A DNA stretch of 64,000 bases from contig DASYPP010000060.1 in NCBI GenBank assembly GCA_036006525.1, forward strand, positions 23,794 through 87,793. The letters are read 5' to 3'. The stretch is from Gemmatimonadales bacterium. GTDB taxonomy: Bacteria; Gemmatimonadota; Gemmatimonadetes; Gemmatimonadales; GWC2-71-9. This document shows, one piece after another, positions 54,538 to 63,911 of the stretch. Both the position numbers and the translations under genes were made by a program. How positions within the stretch are numbered: the stretch's first letter is position 1; each line of letters begins with the position of its first letter. The notes beneath the pieces were generated by a model, which had not been told where the DNA came from, ran no database searches, and saw nothing but the letters and a program-made list of their open reading frames with translations.

Positions 54538-55668
54538 CTAGTTGTCATCATCAGATTTCTTCGCTTCAATCCAGTCATTGTCCTTGAAGATATTCCGGAG
54601 CAGCTCGCGGTCCTCGGCCGTCGGAACCACCGATGCCAGGTAGGCGGCATACTTCGACCCGTCGATCTCGTCTCCATCCACCGTAAAGGCCTGGCCTTTG
54701 TAGAGCCCGATCCTCCGGTTGAACTTGATATCCGGGATCTTGAGATGCCGATCGTGGTCGGGGATCGCCATGTTGAGCCGGACCACCAGGCGGGTGATCT
54801 CCTGCCGGTAGAGCTCGCGGCTCGCCTCGTTCAGGTGAGCGACGTCCGCGGCGTCATCAACCTCCCGCTCGTTGAACCGGCCCTTGAGACCCCAGACATA
54901 GGCCCAGTGCGCGCTGGACGAGTTGTCGGTGCCGAACAGGTCGAAGGCGGTCGGAACCCACTTGTTGAAATAGCGCTGCATCACCTCGGGCGGAATCCGG
55001 CCGGCCTTTACGATGCGGAGTAACCCGTTGTTCCCGGTGCCCAGGTGGAAACTCTCCTCCTTGAGCATGGGGCCCATCGAGTTGGCCAGCGGCAGAAAAG
55101 CCGAGGTGGACAGCATCTTCAGCTGGAACTTGCCGTCCCGGTCGATGAACTGGGTATAGGTGTAGAAGTCGAGCCAGTTCTCCACGATCTCGTTGAACGA
55201 GCCCAGCAGTCGCTGGCCTTCCTCGGCCCGGCGCTCCAGCAGCTTGGCCGCCTCGCGACGGCCCTCGTCGCCGAAGTGCTGGCACAGCAGGTAAGACATC
55301 TGCCAGCCATGGCGCATTTCCTCGCTCATCACCCGCACCAGGGCGAACAGGTCGTAGTCGCTGGGCGAATTGTGCAGCAGGGCCTTCTGCTGTTCCACCG
55401 AGGCGAACTCGGTGTCGCCCTGGAACACGATCAGGTTGAGCAACGCATCCCGGATCCGCTGGTCGGGGATGTGCATGATCGTCTTCCACTTGTTGTTGCC
55501 CTTGTAGTGCCCGAACTCGATCGCGTCGGCCTCGGAGGCGGAGAACTTGGCATCGAACGCGAAATTCTTCGGGATCCGGGCGTTGAAATCCTTCATCGGC
55601 AGGCCGATAGACTCCTGCCAGAAATGGAAGTAGTCGATCCAGTCATCGAAGTTCATCAGGCGACGCAT
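54538..55668 (-). CDS. BoxB-like ferritin-fold di-iron protein (benzoyl-CoA 2,3-epoxidase B / PaaA-type oxygenase family)
   Basis: Two ExxH motifs about 90 aa apart (SEEMRHGW; KEESFH). QGDTEFASVEQQ and FIDRDGKFQL resemble BoxB as I remember it. 376 aa, shorter than the roughly 470 aa of BoxB. SD AAGGAG upstream. Confidence 0.55.
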   Translation of the reverse strand: MRRLMNFDDWIDYFHFWQESIGLPMKDFNARIPKNFAFDAKFSASEADAIEFGHYKGNNKWKTIMHIPDQRIRDALLNLIVFQGDTEFASVEQQKALLHNSPSDYDLFALVRVMSEEMRHGWQMSYLLCQHFGDEGRREAAKLLERRAEEGQRLLGSFNEIVENWLDFYTYTQFIDRDGKFQLKMLSTSAFLPLANSMGPMLKEESFHLGTGNNGLLRIVKAGRIPPEVMQRYFNKWVPTAFDLFGTDNSSSAHWAYVWGLKGRFNEREVDDAADVAHLNEASRELYRQEITRLVVRLNMAIPDHDRHLKIPDIKFNRRIGLYKGQAFTVDGDEIDGSKYAAYLASVVPTAEDRELLRNIFKDNDWIEAKKSDDDN

Positions 55669-55682
55669 GGTAGATCTCCTTA

Positions 55683-55766
55683 ATGGCTTATGGCGTGTTG
55701 CTTATGGCTTATGGCGTATGGCAATCGCTACCGCCCATTACCGTCTAATACCGCCTATTACCGCCC
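55683..55766. repeat. two adjacent non-complementary tandem arrays (TATGGC-type + TACCGCC-type)
   Basis: atggcttatggcgtgttgcttatggcttatggcgtatggcaa (55683..55724), then ctaccgcccattaccgtctaataccgcctattaccgccc (55728..55766). Confidence 0.7.
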
Positions 55767-56573
55767 CTCGAAACGTGGTGCTCGTTTCTCACCAAAGCTC
55801 CTGAAGCCTTCCGAGGCGTCACTGGTCTTGAAACAGCGTTCCTGGTTGGCTTCTTCCCGCGCCAGCGCATCGGCCATGGTGCCCGTGTGCGAGGCGTAGA
55901 CCGCCTGCTTGGCGAGCCCGGCGGCGATCGGCGGCAGCGCGGCCAGCTTCAGCGCCCATTCCCGGGTAGCGACGGCCAGCTGGTCGTGCGGCACGACCCG
56001 GTTCACCAGTCCCAGTTCCATGCAACGCTGGACTGGAATCACCTCGGCCGACCAGATCAACTCGAGCGCGGCAGCGGGCCCGGCCAGTTCGGGCACGAAC
56101 CAGGTGCCACCCCAATCCGGGTGCAGCCCGATCCGGTGAAATACCTGTCCGATGCCGGCCTGGTCCGATGCGATGCGGAGGTCGCAGCCGAGCGCGAGGT
56201 TGGCACCGCCACCGGCCGCCACGCCGTTGATGCTGGCGAGGATCGGCTTGGGACTCTCCCGGAGCGAGCGCACCAGCTGACCGCCCATCCGCACCAGGCT
56301 CATCGCCGTGTCGAAATCGCCTTGTTCGACGCAGCGGCCGAGGAACTTCACGTCGCCGCCGGCGCTGAAGCCGCGGCCCGCCCCGGTGATCACCAGCGCC
56401 CGCACCGCCGGGTCGGTCAGGAGCTCGCGCGACGCCTCGATCAGCTCGCGGGCCATGACGTCGTCGATGGCGTTGAGCTTGTCGGGACGATTGAGCGTGA
56501 GGGTCCCGATGCCGGAATCGATCGCCACGGTGACCGTCTGGTAGTCTGCGACGGCGGACTTGTCACTTGTCAC
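55758..56573 (-). CDS. enoyl-CoA hydratase/isomerase family protein
   Basis: [34 protein letters not shown]. The GTG start overlaps the thiolase TGA (GTGA) inside repeat 56559..56587. Confidence 0.85.
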   Translation of the reverse strand: MTSDKSAVADYQTVTVAIDSGIGTLTLNRPDKLNAIDDVMARELIEASRELLTDPAVRALVITGAGRGFSAGGDVKFLGRCVEQGDFDTAMSLVRMGGQLVRSLRESPKPILASINGVAAGGGANLALGCDLRIASDQAGIGQVFHRIGLHPDWGGTWFVPELAGPAAALELIWSAEVIPVQRCMELGLVNRVVPHDQLAVATREWALKLAALPPIAAGLAKQAVYASHTGTMADALAREEANQERCFKTSDASEGFRSFGEKRAPRFEGR

Positions 56574-56587
56574 TTGTCACCTGTCAC
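56559..56587. repeat. tandem array (TTGTCAC)x4 at a gene junction
   Basis: cttgtcacttgtcacttgtcacctgtcac. Encodes the thiolase tail NVTGDK, its TGA stop, and the GTG start and first residues (TSDK) of the next gene. Confidence 0.75.
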
Positions 56588-57772
56588 ATTCTCGATGATC
56601 ATCGCGATTCCCTGGCCCACCCCGATGCACATCGTCGCCAGACCGAAGCGGCCGCCGGTACGACGGAGTGCGTGGACCAGCGTGGTGAGGATCCGGGCGC
56701 CCGACGCGCCCAGCGGATGCCCCAACGCGATTGCGCCGCCGTAGATGTTGACCCTGGCCGGATCCAGCTTCAACTCGCGAATGCAGGCGATGCTCTGGGC
56801 CGCGAAGGCCTCGTTCAGCTCGATCAGGTCGACCTGGTCCAGCGTAAGCCCGGTGCGCTCGAGCAGCTTCCGGGTCGCGGGGATCGGCCCCAGGCCCATG
56901 CAGCTGGGATCCACACCGGCCACCGCGGAGGCGATGACCCGCGCGATCGGCTTCCGGGAAAGCTCCTGCGCCGTGCTGTCGCTCATCACCGCGAGCGCTG
57001 CGGCTCCGTCGTTGATGCCGCTCGAGGTTCCCGCCGTCACCGTGCCGTCTTTCACAAAGGCCGGCTTCAACGGCGCCAGGCTGTCCGGGGTGACGCCGGC
57101 CCGGGGATACTCGTCCTTTTCAAAGCGGCGTGCCTCCTTGCCGGGCAGGGTCACCGCGACGATCTCGTCGCCGAAAACGCACTGGGCCAGGGCCTCCTGG
57201 GCCCGGCGCTGGCTCTCGGCGGCGAACTCGTCCTGCTCCCGCCGCGAGATGCCATGCAGCTTCGCGACTTTCTCGGCCGTCTCTCCCAGCGAGATAGTCC
57301 ACTCCGATTTCATGGCCGGGTTCACGAAGCGCCAGCCCACCGTGCTGTCGGCGATCGGCGGCGGTGTCCGGTTCCACGGCGTCCCGCTCTTGAGCAGGAC
57401 GTAGGGGGCCCGGGTCATGCTTTCCACCCCGCCGGCGATGAAGAGATCGCCCTCGCCCGCTTTCACCGCCTGCGCGGCCGAGGCCACGGCCTGGAGACCC
57501 GAGCCGCAGAGCCGGTTCACCGTCTGCCCCGGCACCTCCACCGGGAGGCCGGCCAGCAGCGAGGCCATGCGGGCGACGTTGCGGTTGTCTTCGCCGGCCT
57601 GGTTGGTGCAGCCGAGGATCACGTCGTCGATCCGGTCGGCCGGAATCTTCCCTTGTTCGACCACTGCCCTGACGACGAGAGCGGCGAGGTCATCCGGGCG
57701 CATGTCGGCCAGGCTGCCGCCGACCTTGCCGATCGGGGTGCGGAGGGCCGTCGTAATGACCGCGTTCTTCAT
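56570..57772 (-). CDS. acetyl-CoA C-acyltransferase (thiolase)
   Basis: [11 protein letters not shown] (active Cys), [24 protein letters not shown]. Start ATG 57772 (ATGA overlap with the aldehyde dehydrogenase stop). Confidence 0.9.
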   Translation of the reverse strand: MKNAVITTALRTPIGKVGGSLADMRPDDLAALVVRAVVEQGKIPADRIDDVILGCTNQAGEDNRNVARMASLLAGLPVEVPGQTVNRLCGSGLQAVASAAQAVKAGEGDLFIAGGVESMTRAPYVLLKSGTPWNRTPPPIADSTVGWRFVNPAMKSEWTISLGETAEKVAKLHGISRREQDEFAAESQRRAQEALAQCVFGDEIVAVTLPGKEARRFEKDEYPRAGVTPDSLAPLKPAFVKDGTVTAGTSSGINDGAAALAVMSDSTAQELSRKPIARVIASAVAGVDPSCMGLGPIPATRKLLERTGLTLDQVDLIELNEAFAAQSIACIRELKLDPARVNIYGGAIALGHPLGASGARILTTLVHALRRTGGRFGLATMCIGVGQGIAMIIENVTGDK

Positions 57773-59202
57773 AGACCGACCCACACCGTCTTGGATTCCA
57801 TGTAGCCATCCAGCGCGACCCGGCCCAGGTCCCGGCCGAATCCACTCTGCTTGTATCCCCCGAACGGTGCCGCCGGGTCGTAGATATTGTAGGTGTTGAC
57901 CCAGACGGTTCCCGCCTTGATCCTGCGGGCCAGCTTGTGGGCCTTGCTGATGTCGCGGGTCCAGATTCCCGCCGCGAGGCCGTACATCGACTGATTGGCC
58001 AGCGTGGCCGCCTCTTCGTAGCTCTCGAACGGCAGCACCGCGAGCACCGGGCCGAAGATCTCCTCCCGCGCGATGGTCATCTCCGGAGTAATGCCGTCGA
58101 ACACCGTCGCCTCGACGAAATAGCCTTTGCCGTTCACCTTGGCGGCGTTGCCTCCGGCCACCACGGTGCCGCCCTCAGCCTTGCCCTTGGCGATGTAGCC
58201 CATCACGGTCTCCTGCTGTTTCCGGGAGACCACCGCACCCAGCCGGGTGGCCTTGTCGAACGGATCGCCGGGGATGAGCTTCTTCGCCCGCTCGGCCAGC
58301 TGCTCGACCACCTGGTCCTTCACCGACTTCTCCACCAGCAGCCGGCTCCCGGCGGCGCAGACCTCGCCCTTGCCGTAGAAGATGCCGCTCTGGGCTCCCT
58401 TGATCGCGGCGCCGATGTCGGCATCGGCGAAGATGATGTTGGGACTCTTGCCGCCCAGCTCCAGGGTCAGCCGCTTCACCCCGTTGGCCGCTTCCCGCAT
58501 GATGACCTTGCCCACCTCGGTAGAGCCGGTGAACGAGATCTTGTCCACGCCGGGATGCCGCACCAGTGCCATGCCCGCGCTGCGGCCGCCGCCGGTCACC
58601 ACGTTGAACGCGCCGGACGGGAGGCCGGCCTCCAGCATCACCTGGCCCAGGGCGAGGGCGGTAAGCGGAGTTTCGCTGGCGGGCTTGAGTACCACGGTGC
58701 ATCCGGCGGCCAGCGCCGGCGCCACCTTCCACATCGCGATGTTGAGCGGAAAGTTCCAGGGGACGATCGCGGCGACCACGCCCACCGGCTCCCGCAGGGT
58801 GTAGACGAAATACGCCGGGTCGAGCGGCAGAGTCTCCCCGGTCAGCTTGTCGCACCAGCCCGCGTAGTAGCGCAGGGTTTCGATCGCCATGTTGCAGTCG
58901 ATGTTCGACTCGAACAGCGGCTTGCCGTTCTGCTGCGACTCAAGCTTCGCGAAGTCCGCCTGCCGGCTGGCCAGGATGTCCGCCGCCCTGGCCAGCATCG
59001 CGCCGCGCTTCCTGGGGGCCAGCTGCTGCCACGCATCGCTGTCAAAACACGTCCGCGCGGCCGCCACCGCGGCGTCCACGTCGCTGGTGTCTCCGTCCGG
59101 CACCTGGGCCAGGACTTCTTCGGTCGCGGGGTTCGTGACGTCGAAGCGCTTGCCGCTCGCGGCCGGGCGGTACTCGTTCGCAATGAAAAGATCAGTGTGC
59201 AT
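57769..59202 (-). CDS. NAD(P)-dependent aldehyde dehydrogenase
   Basis: [32 protein letters not shown]. Confidence 0.9.
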   Translation of the reverse strand: MHTDLFIANEYRPAASGKRFDVTNPATEEVLAQVPDGDTSDVDAAVAAARTCFDSDAWQQLAPRKRGAMLARAADILASRQADFAKLESQQNGKPLFESNIDCNMAIETLRYYAGWCDKLTGETLPLDPAYFVYTLREPVGVVAAIVPWNFPLNIAMWKVAPALAAGCTVVLKPASETPLTALALGQVMLEAGLPSGAFNVVTGGGRSAGMALVRHPGVDKISFTGSTEVGKVIMREAANGVKRLTLELGGKSPNIIFADADIGAAIKGAQSGIFYGKGEVCAAGSRLLVEKSVKDQVVEQLAERAKKLIPGDPFDKATRLGAVVSRKQQETVMGYIAKGKAEGGTVVAGGNAAKVNGKGYFVEATVFDGITPEMTIAREEIFGPVLAVLPFESYEEAATLANQSMYGLAAGIWTRDISKAHKLARRIKAGTVWVNTYNIYDPAAPFGGYKQSGFGRDLGRVALDGYMESKTVWVGL

Positions 59203-59217
59203 TGAGTCCAGTTGTTT

Positions 59218-59312
59218 GGGTAAGCGGTAAGCGGTGAGCAGTAGGCGGGACTGGAGGACGGTTTCGAGTGATCGTTGCCAGTCCCGCTTACCGCTTACTG
59301 CTTACTGCTCAC
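59218..59312. repeat. tandem-unit hairpin (7-mers GGTAAGC / GCTTACC)
   Basis: gggtaagcggtaagcggtgagcagtaggcgggactgg ... ccagtcccgcttaccgcttactgcttactgctcac. Perfect inner 10-bp stem gcgggactgg/ccagtcccgc. Confidence 0.8.
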
Positions 59313-60139
59313 TTGGCTTTGAACGTCGCCATTCTCTTTTCATTGTAAGCCGCAATACCCTCTTTGGCGTCGTCGGACTGGAACAGCTGCTGCTGCAGTT
59401 CTCGCTCGATGGCGAGGCCGGACTCGAAGGGAACTTCGGCGCCGGACTGCACCGCCCGCTTGATCAGACCCACCGCCTTGGACGCCTTGTGCGGCGGGGT
59501 GAACTGTTTGGCATAGACCATCAGGTTGTCCCAGAAGCCTTCCGGCTCGAAGACCTTGTTGACGATGCCCAGGTCCTCGGCGGTCTCGAAGGAGAACGTC
59601 TCGCCGGTGCACATCAGCTCGATAGCCTTGGATTTCCCGACGATCCGGCAGAGGCGCTGGGTGCCTCCGGTGCCGGGCAGCACGCCGAGGTTTACCTCGG
59701 GGAGCCCGATCTTGCCGGCGTTCCGCTTGGCGATCCGGATGTCGCAGGCCATGGCGATCTCGAGCCCGCCGCCCACGCAATGACCGTTGATCGCGGCGAT
59801 GGTGAGTTTCGGGGTCTGCTCCAGCCGGGAGAGGGTCTCGTTGGCGTGGAGGCAGAAGAAGTATTTGAAGCGCGGGGTGACCTGGTTCAGCATCCCGATG
59901 TTGGCGCCGGCGGAGAAGAACTTCTCGCCGTGGCCCCGGATCACGATGACGTGGGCTTCCTCGGCCATCCGCGCATCGAGAATGGCCTGGTCCAGCTGGC
60001 GCATCATCTCGTAGGTATAGGTGTTGGCCGGCGGATCATTGAGCGTGATGATCGCGAGGCCGTCCTTCACTTCATAATCGACCAGGACTTTTTCGGTGGG
60101 AGCCGGAGCGCCGGGTCGGGGGGCCAGTGTAGTTGCCAC
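59309..60139 (-). CDS. enoyl-CoA hydratase/isomerase family protein
   Basis: [33 protein letters not shown]. The TGA stop lies in repeat 59218..59312. Confidence 0.85.
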   Translation of the reverse strand: MATTLAPRPGAPAPTEKVLVDYEVKDGLAIITLNDPPANTYTYEMMRQLDQAILDARMAEEAHVIVIRGHGEKFFSAGANIGMLNQVTPRFKYFFCLHANETLSRLEQTPKLTIAAINGHCVGGGLEIAMACDIRIAKRNAGKIGLPEVNLGVLPGTGGTQRLCRIVGKSKAIELMCTGETFSFETAEDLGIVNKVFEPEGFWDNLMVYAKQFTPPHKASKAVGLIKRAVQSGAEVPFESGLAIERELQQQLFQSDDAKEGIAAYNEKRMATFKAK

Positions 60140-60144
60140 GATGA

Positions 60145-60747
60145 CTATCCTCCGTGGGTCGCGACCAACCGGGTCGCGTGAGTAGTGGGTTGCAGGTACC
60201 CGTGAAGAAACAACTGTGTCATGTCATCCGCCAGCCGGTCGGGATCGACCGGACCGGTCGGGTTGTACCAGGTGTAGATCCAGTTGATCATCCCGAACAG
60301 CGCGTAGGCCGCGACCGGGCGGTTGATCCCGGAACCGGGGACCTGTTCCAGCAGCTCCAGCAGCAGGCTGACATATTCCCGCTTGCGGTGGCGGACCTGG
60401 GCCCGCATGGTGCCGGTGAGCTCGGCTTCCTCGTGGGAGAGCACCTTCATCTCCGCCATGTGGGCGGCGAAGAACTCCACGTGATGACGCACAAAAGCCC
60501 GGAGCCGGTCGGTCGGGGTCACGGCCGCGGCAACCGCCGCGTTGGCCCCCTCGATGACCTGGGCGAAGCAGCGATCCTGGATCAGGAAGAGCAGTTCCGG
60601 CTTCCCGGTCACATAATGATAGATCCCCGCCAGGCTGAGGCCGCTCTCCCGGGCGAGATCTCGCATGGAGGTAGCGTGGAACCCCTTATTGGCGAAGACT
60701 TTAACTGCAGCGCTGAGGAGCTTTTGAAGCCGGTCGTCGTAGCTCAA
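60145..60747 (-). CDS. TetR/AcrR family transcriptional regulator
   Basis: N-terminal HTH FHATSMRDLARESGLSLAGIYHYV. TTG start is the only option before an upstream in-frame stop. 5 nt upstream of the crotonase gene. Confidence 0.85.
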   Translation of the reverse strand: MSYDDRLQKLLSAAVKVFANKGFHATSMRDLARESGLSLAGIYHYVTGKPELLFLIQDRCFAQVIEGANAAVAAAVTPTDRLRAFVRHHVEFFAAHMAEMKVLSHEEAELTGTMRAQVRHRKREYVSLLLELLEQVPGSGINRPVAAYALFGMINWIYTWYNPTGPVDPDRLADDMTQLFLHGYLQPTTHATRLVATHGG

Positions 60748-60757
60748 TTTGGGCCGT

Positions 60758-60773
60758 CCGAACGTTCGTTCGG
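60758..60773. promoter_or_regulatory. candidate TetR operator palindrome
   Basis: CCGAACG-TT-CGTTCGG, a perfect 7-bp inverted repeat 11-26 nt upstream of the tetR TTG start, in the tetR/ECF-sigma divergent region. Confidence 0.45.
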
Positions 60774-60893
60774 GAGAAACCTAGCCCTGATGATGAGGTG
60801 GGTCAACCGAATAGGCGGACGAGCCGGACGAGGCGGTCCACCAACCAGGGCTTGTTCGACCGCCTTGTCCGCCCCGACCTCCCTGACCGCCTT

Positions 60894-60919
60894 CTTAACA
60901 CTGGGGTATCGGGTGCGTC
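60894..60919 (+). promoter_or_regulatory. candidate ECF-type promoter (CTTAAC-N16-CGTC)
   Basis: cttaac a ctggggtatcgggtg cgtc. The AAC-N16-CGT spacing resembles ECF autoregulated promoters. It would leave only about 6 nt of leader before ATG 60932. Confidence 0.3.
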
Positions 60920-60931
60920 ATAGCGGGGTCC

Positions 60932-61480
60932 ATGGGCGTTTCGACCGGACCTGATCCCTCGACCGATGCGGCGCTGGCCGCCCGCTACCGCTCAGGTGAT
61001 GAAGGCGCCGCAGCGGCTCTCGTCGCTCGCCACGCGGCGGCCATCGGTCGGTTTCTGTACGCTTCTGGTGCGGGACAGAGCGACATTGAAGACCTGGTGC
61101 AGGAAGCCTTCTACCGCGCGTTCCGAAAACTGGAGTTCTGGCGCGAGCATGCCTCGTTCCGCAGCTGGCTGTTCAGTATCGCGGCCAACCTGCTCAAGGA
61201 CGAGTATCGCCGGCGGAAGGGCCGCACCATGTTGTCGCTGGAAGACCGCGATCTTCCCGATCAGAGCGATCCCCACGCCGAGCTGGCGGCGAACGAGGCC
61301 GAGGACCGGATGCGGGAAGGACTGGCCGGGCTCCCCCGGCTGCAGCGCGAGGTTTTCCTCATGCGGTCTCAGCTGGGCAGCGAGTATGATGAAATCGCCG
61401 AGGCGCTGGGCACGACGCCCGGAGCCGCCCGAGTGCACTATCATCACGCGGTGAAACGCCTGAAGGAGCTGGTAGTATGA
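60932..61480 (+). CDS. ECF-type RNA polymerase sigma factor
   Basis: Region 2 (DIEDLVQEAFYRAF...SWLFSIAAN) and region 4 HTH (YDEIAEALGTTPGAARVHYHHAVKRL). Confidence 0.85.
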   Translation: MGVSTGPDPSTDAALAARYRSGDEGAAAALVARHAAAIGRFLYASGAGQSDIEDLVQEAFYRAFRKLEFWREHASFRSWLFSIAANLLKDEYRRRKGRTMLSLEDRDLPDQSDPHAELAANEAEDRMREGLAGLPRLQREVFLMRSQLGSEYDEIAEALGTTPGAARVHYHHAVKRLKELVV

Positions 61481-61986
61481 ACTGCGAACGTCTGTCGGAT
61501 CGCATGGCCGGGGTCCTGGCCGGCCGGGACCACTGGAGCCGGGAAGACGAGGAGCACCTGGTCGTCTGCGCCGATTGCCGGAACGAGTGGCAGTTGCTGG
61601 GCCGGGCTGCCGCGCTCGGCGCCGATCTTCCCGGGCTGGACGCCGGGAGCATCGCGAGCCAGGTCCAGCAGCGGCTGGCTCGGACGAACCGCGGGGCAAA
61701 GAACCTGAGGCGCGGGTGGCTCGGGATCGGGCTGGCCGCGGCAGCCGCCCTGGTGCTCGTAGTGACGCGGCCGGATGGCAAGAGTCCGCCGGGGCCAGGG
61801 CCAATCTCCGCCACGAACCTGGAGATCCCGTTCAGCGAACTGGACAGTCTTTCCCCGGCCCAACTGCAGGCAGTGCTCGAAACGCTGGAGCCGCCGCTGG
61901 GATCGAGCTCCACCCTGGATGCGCCGACGCTTCAGGATCTTGACGATCATCAACTCGAGCGGTTGCTCCGCTCGCTGGAGGGCTGA
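61477..61986 (+). CDS. anti-sigma factor (zf-HC2 type, single TM)
   Basis: HLVVCADC (Hx3Cx2C), TM helix WLGIGLAAAAALVLVV. 4-nt overlap with the sigma gene. Confidence 0.7.
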   Translation: MNCERLSDRMAGVLAGRDHWSREDEEHLVVCADCRNEWQLLGRAAALGADLPGLDAGSIASQVQQRLARTNRGAKNLRRGWLGIGLAAAAALVLVVTRPDGKSPPGPGPISATNLEIPFSELDSLSPAQLQAVLETLEPPLGSSSTLDAPTLQDLDDHQLERLLRSLEG

Positions 61987-62507
61987 TGCGCTACCTCAGT
62001 GGGCAGGGGGGCAAGTGGGCAAGCGGGCCAATCATCCTGGGACTGCTGCTGCTGGTGTCCGCGCCGTTGCGGGCCCAGGACGAGGCCGATCCGGCCCGGG
62101 CCGATTCGCTCCGCGGCATGATCCAGGAACGCTTCGCTCGCCAGGTCACGCAGCAGCTTGGCTTGACTCAGGAACAGGCCGACAAGATGCGCGCCACGGC
62201 GCGCACCTACTTCGCCAGGCGCCGCACCCTGCAGATCCAGGAACGCCGCATGAAGCAGGCGCTGGCCGCGCAGATGCGCCCGGGCCAGGCCGCCGACCAG
62301 GACAGCGTCGCCCGGCTCACCGACCAGTTGCTCAATCTCAAGATGCAGCAGGTGCAGACCTACCGTGATGAATTGAAAGAGATGACCTACCTCACGCCGG
62401 TGCAGCGGGCCCAGTTCTTTATTATGCGGGAACGGCTGCTGGAAGCGATTCAAAACGCCCAGGACCCGGACAGCGAGGTGCCGCAGCGAAGGCGTTTGCG
62501 CCCGTAG
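61986..62507 (+). CDS. periplasmic Spy/CpxP-like (LTXXQ motif) protein
   Basis: Signal peptide, LTQEQ and LTPVQ motifs, helical charged sequence. Overlaps the anti-sigma stop. Confidence 0.6.
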   Translation: MRYLSGQGGKWASGPIILGLLLLVSAPLRAQDEADPARADSLRGMIQERFARQVTQQLGLTQEQADKMRATARTYFARRRTLQIQERRMKQALAAQMRPGQAADQDSVARLTDQLLNLKMQQVQTYRDELKEMTYLTPVQRAQFFIMRERLLEAIQNAQDPDSEVPQRRRLRP

Positions 62508-62552
62508 GGATTTCCGCTAGCTTCTTGCGCATTCCCACTACACGGAACGCGC

Positions 62553-63860
62553 ATGCGGCTGTTCCTGGCTTCGCTCCTCCTCGCCTGCCCGGCCACCCCG
62601 GTCGCGGCGCAGCACGATACCGTCTATCGCATCGCTATTTCCGGCACCATTGATGGCGGGCTGGCTCCCTACGTTGCCCGGGCGTTGCGGCAGGCCGAGG
62701 TCTCGGGCGCGGCGGCTGTCTACCTCGATATCAACACGCCGGGCGGCCGGGTGGATGCCGCCGAGGCGATCGTAGACGCCATCCGCGCCACCCGCATCCC
62801 GGTCTACGCCTACGTGAACCCGCGGGCTTACAGCGCCGGCGCTCTCATCTCCATCGCGACCGACGGGATCTTCATGCGCTCGGGGGCAGTCCTGGGCGCG
62901 GCGACTCCGGTGGACGGACAGGGCACCAAGCTGCCCGAGAAGTATGTCTCGGCGATGCGCGCCGAATTTCGCGCCCTGGCGGAGGAGAATGGACTGGATC
63001 CCCGGATCGCCGAGGCGATGGTGGACGATTCGCTCGGCGTGCCGGGGCTGCTGCCGCCGGGCAAACTCCTCACCCTGAGTACCGACGAGGCGATGCGGGT
63101 CTCTTTCGCTCACGGGCGGGTGGACAGCGAGAAGGATCTGCTGATGGCGATCGGACTGCCCGACGCCCAGGTGGTGAACGTCGGCCTCAACTGGGCGGAG
63201 TCGCTGGTGCGGTTCTTCACCAGTCCGCTGGTCGCGCCGTTGCTGCTCTCGCTGGGCGTCCTGGGACTGGTGTTCGAGATCAAGGCGGGCGCCTTCGGGC
63301 TGGGTGGCTTGCTGAGCCTGCTCTCGCTCGGGCTCTTCTTCGGCGCCCACTACCTGGTCGGGCTGGCGGGATTGGAAGAGGTCATCCTGCTCCTCGCCGG
63401 GCTCGTCTCCATCGCGATCGAAGTGTTCCTGCTGCCCGGCTTCGGCGTGGCGGGGGTGCTCGGCATCGTCCTGCTGGGCGCCGCCGCCGTGATGGCCATG
63501 CTGGGGCCCTCGCCCAGCTGGACCGACGTGGCCCAGTCGCTTGCGGTGCTGGCCGCCACTCTGGTGCTGACGATCGCCGTCCTCGCCACCTGGATACGAC
63601 ACCTGCCGCACAGCACCCGGTTTCGTGGACTGTTCCTGCAAGGCGGACCCGGGGCGGTGGATGGATACGTTTCAGCGATCCCCCGGCACGACCTGATCGG
63701 ACTGGATGGCATCGCCGTCACCGATCTTCGGCCCGCGGGTACCGTGGCTGTGGGTAATGAGCGGATCGACGTGGTGACTGAAGGTGGCTATATCAAGGCC
63801 GGCAGCACGGTGCGGTTTATCCGCGCCGAAGGGTACCGTCATGTAGTGCGGGCCAGCTGA
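62553..63860 (+). CDS. NfeD family membrane protease (ClpP-class)
   Basis: Signal peptide, LDINTPGGRVDAA...AYSAGALI protease fold, multi-TM middle region, C-terminal OB-like domain. Confidence 0.85.
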   Translation: MRLFLASLLLACPATPVAAQHDTVYRIAISGTIDGGLAPYVARALRQAEVSGAAAVYLDINTPGGRVDAAEAIVDAIRATRIPVYAYVNPRAYSAGALISIATDGIFMRSGAVLGAATPVDGQGTKLPEKYVSAMRAEFRALAEENGLDPRIAEAMVDDSLGVPGLLPPGKLLTLSTDEAMRVSFAHGRVDSEKDLLMAIGLPDAQVVNVGLNWAESLVRFFTSPLVAPLLLSLGVLGLVFEIKAGAFGLGGLLSLLSLGLFFGAHYLVGLAGLEEVILLLAGLVSIAIEVFLLPGFGVAGVLGIVLLGAAAVMAMLGPSPSWTDVAQSLAVLAATLVLTIAVLATWIRHLPHSTRFRGLFLQGGPGAVDGYVSAIPRHDLIGLDGIAVTDLRPAGTVAVGNERIDVVTEGGYIKAGSTVRFIRAEGYRHVVRAS

Positions 63861-63911
63861 TTGTACCTGCTCGCGGCCCAGGTAGCACCTAAACCCGATC
63901 AAGGAGTAACC

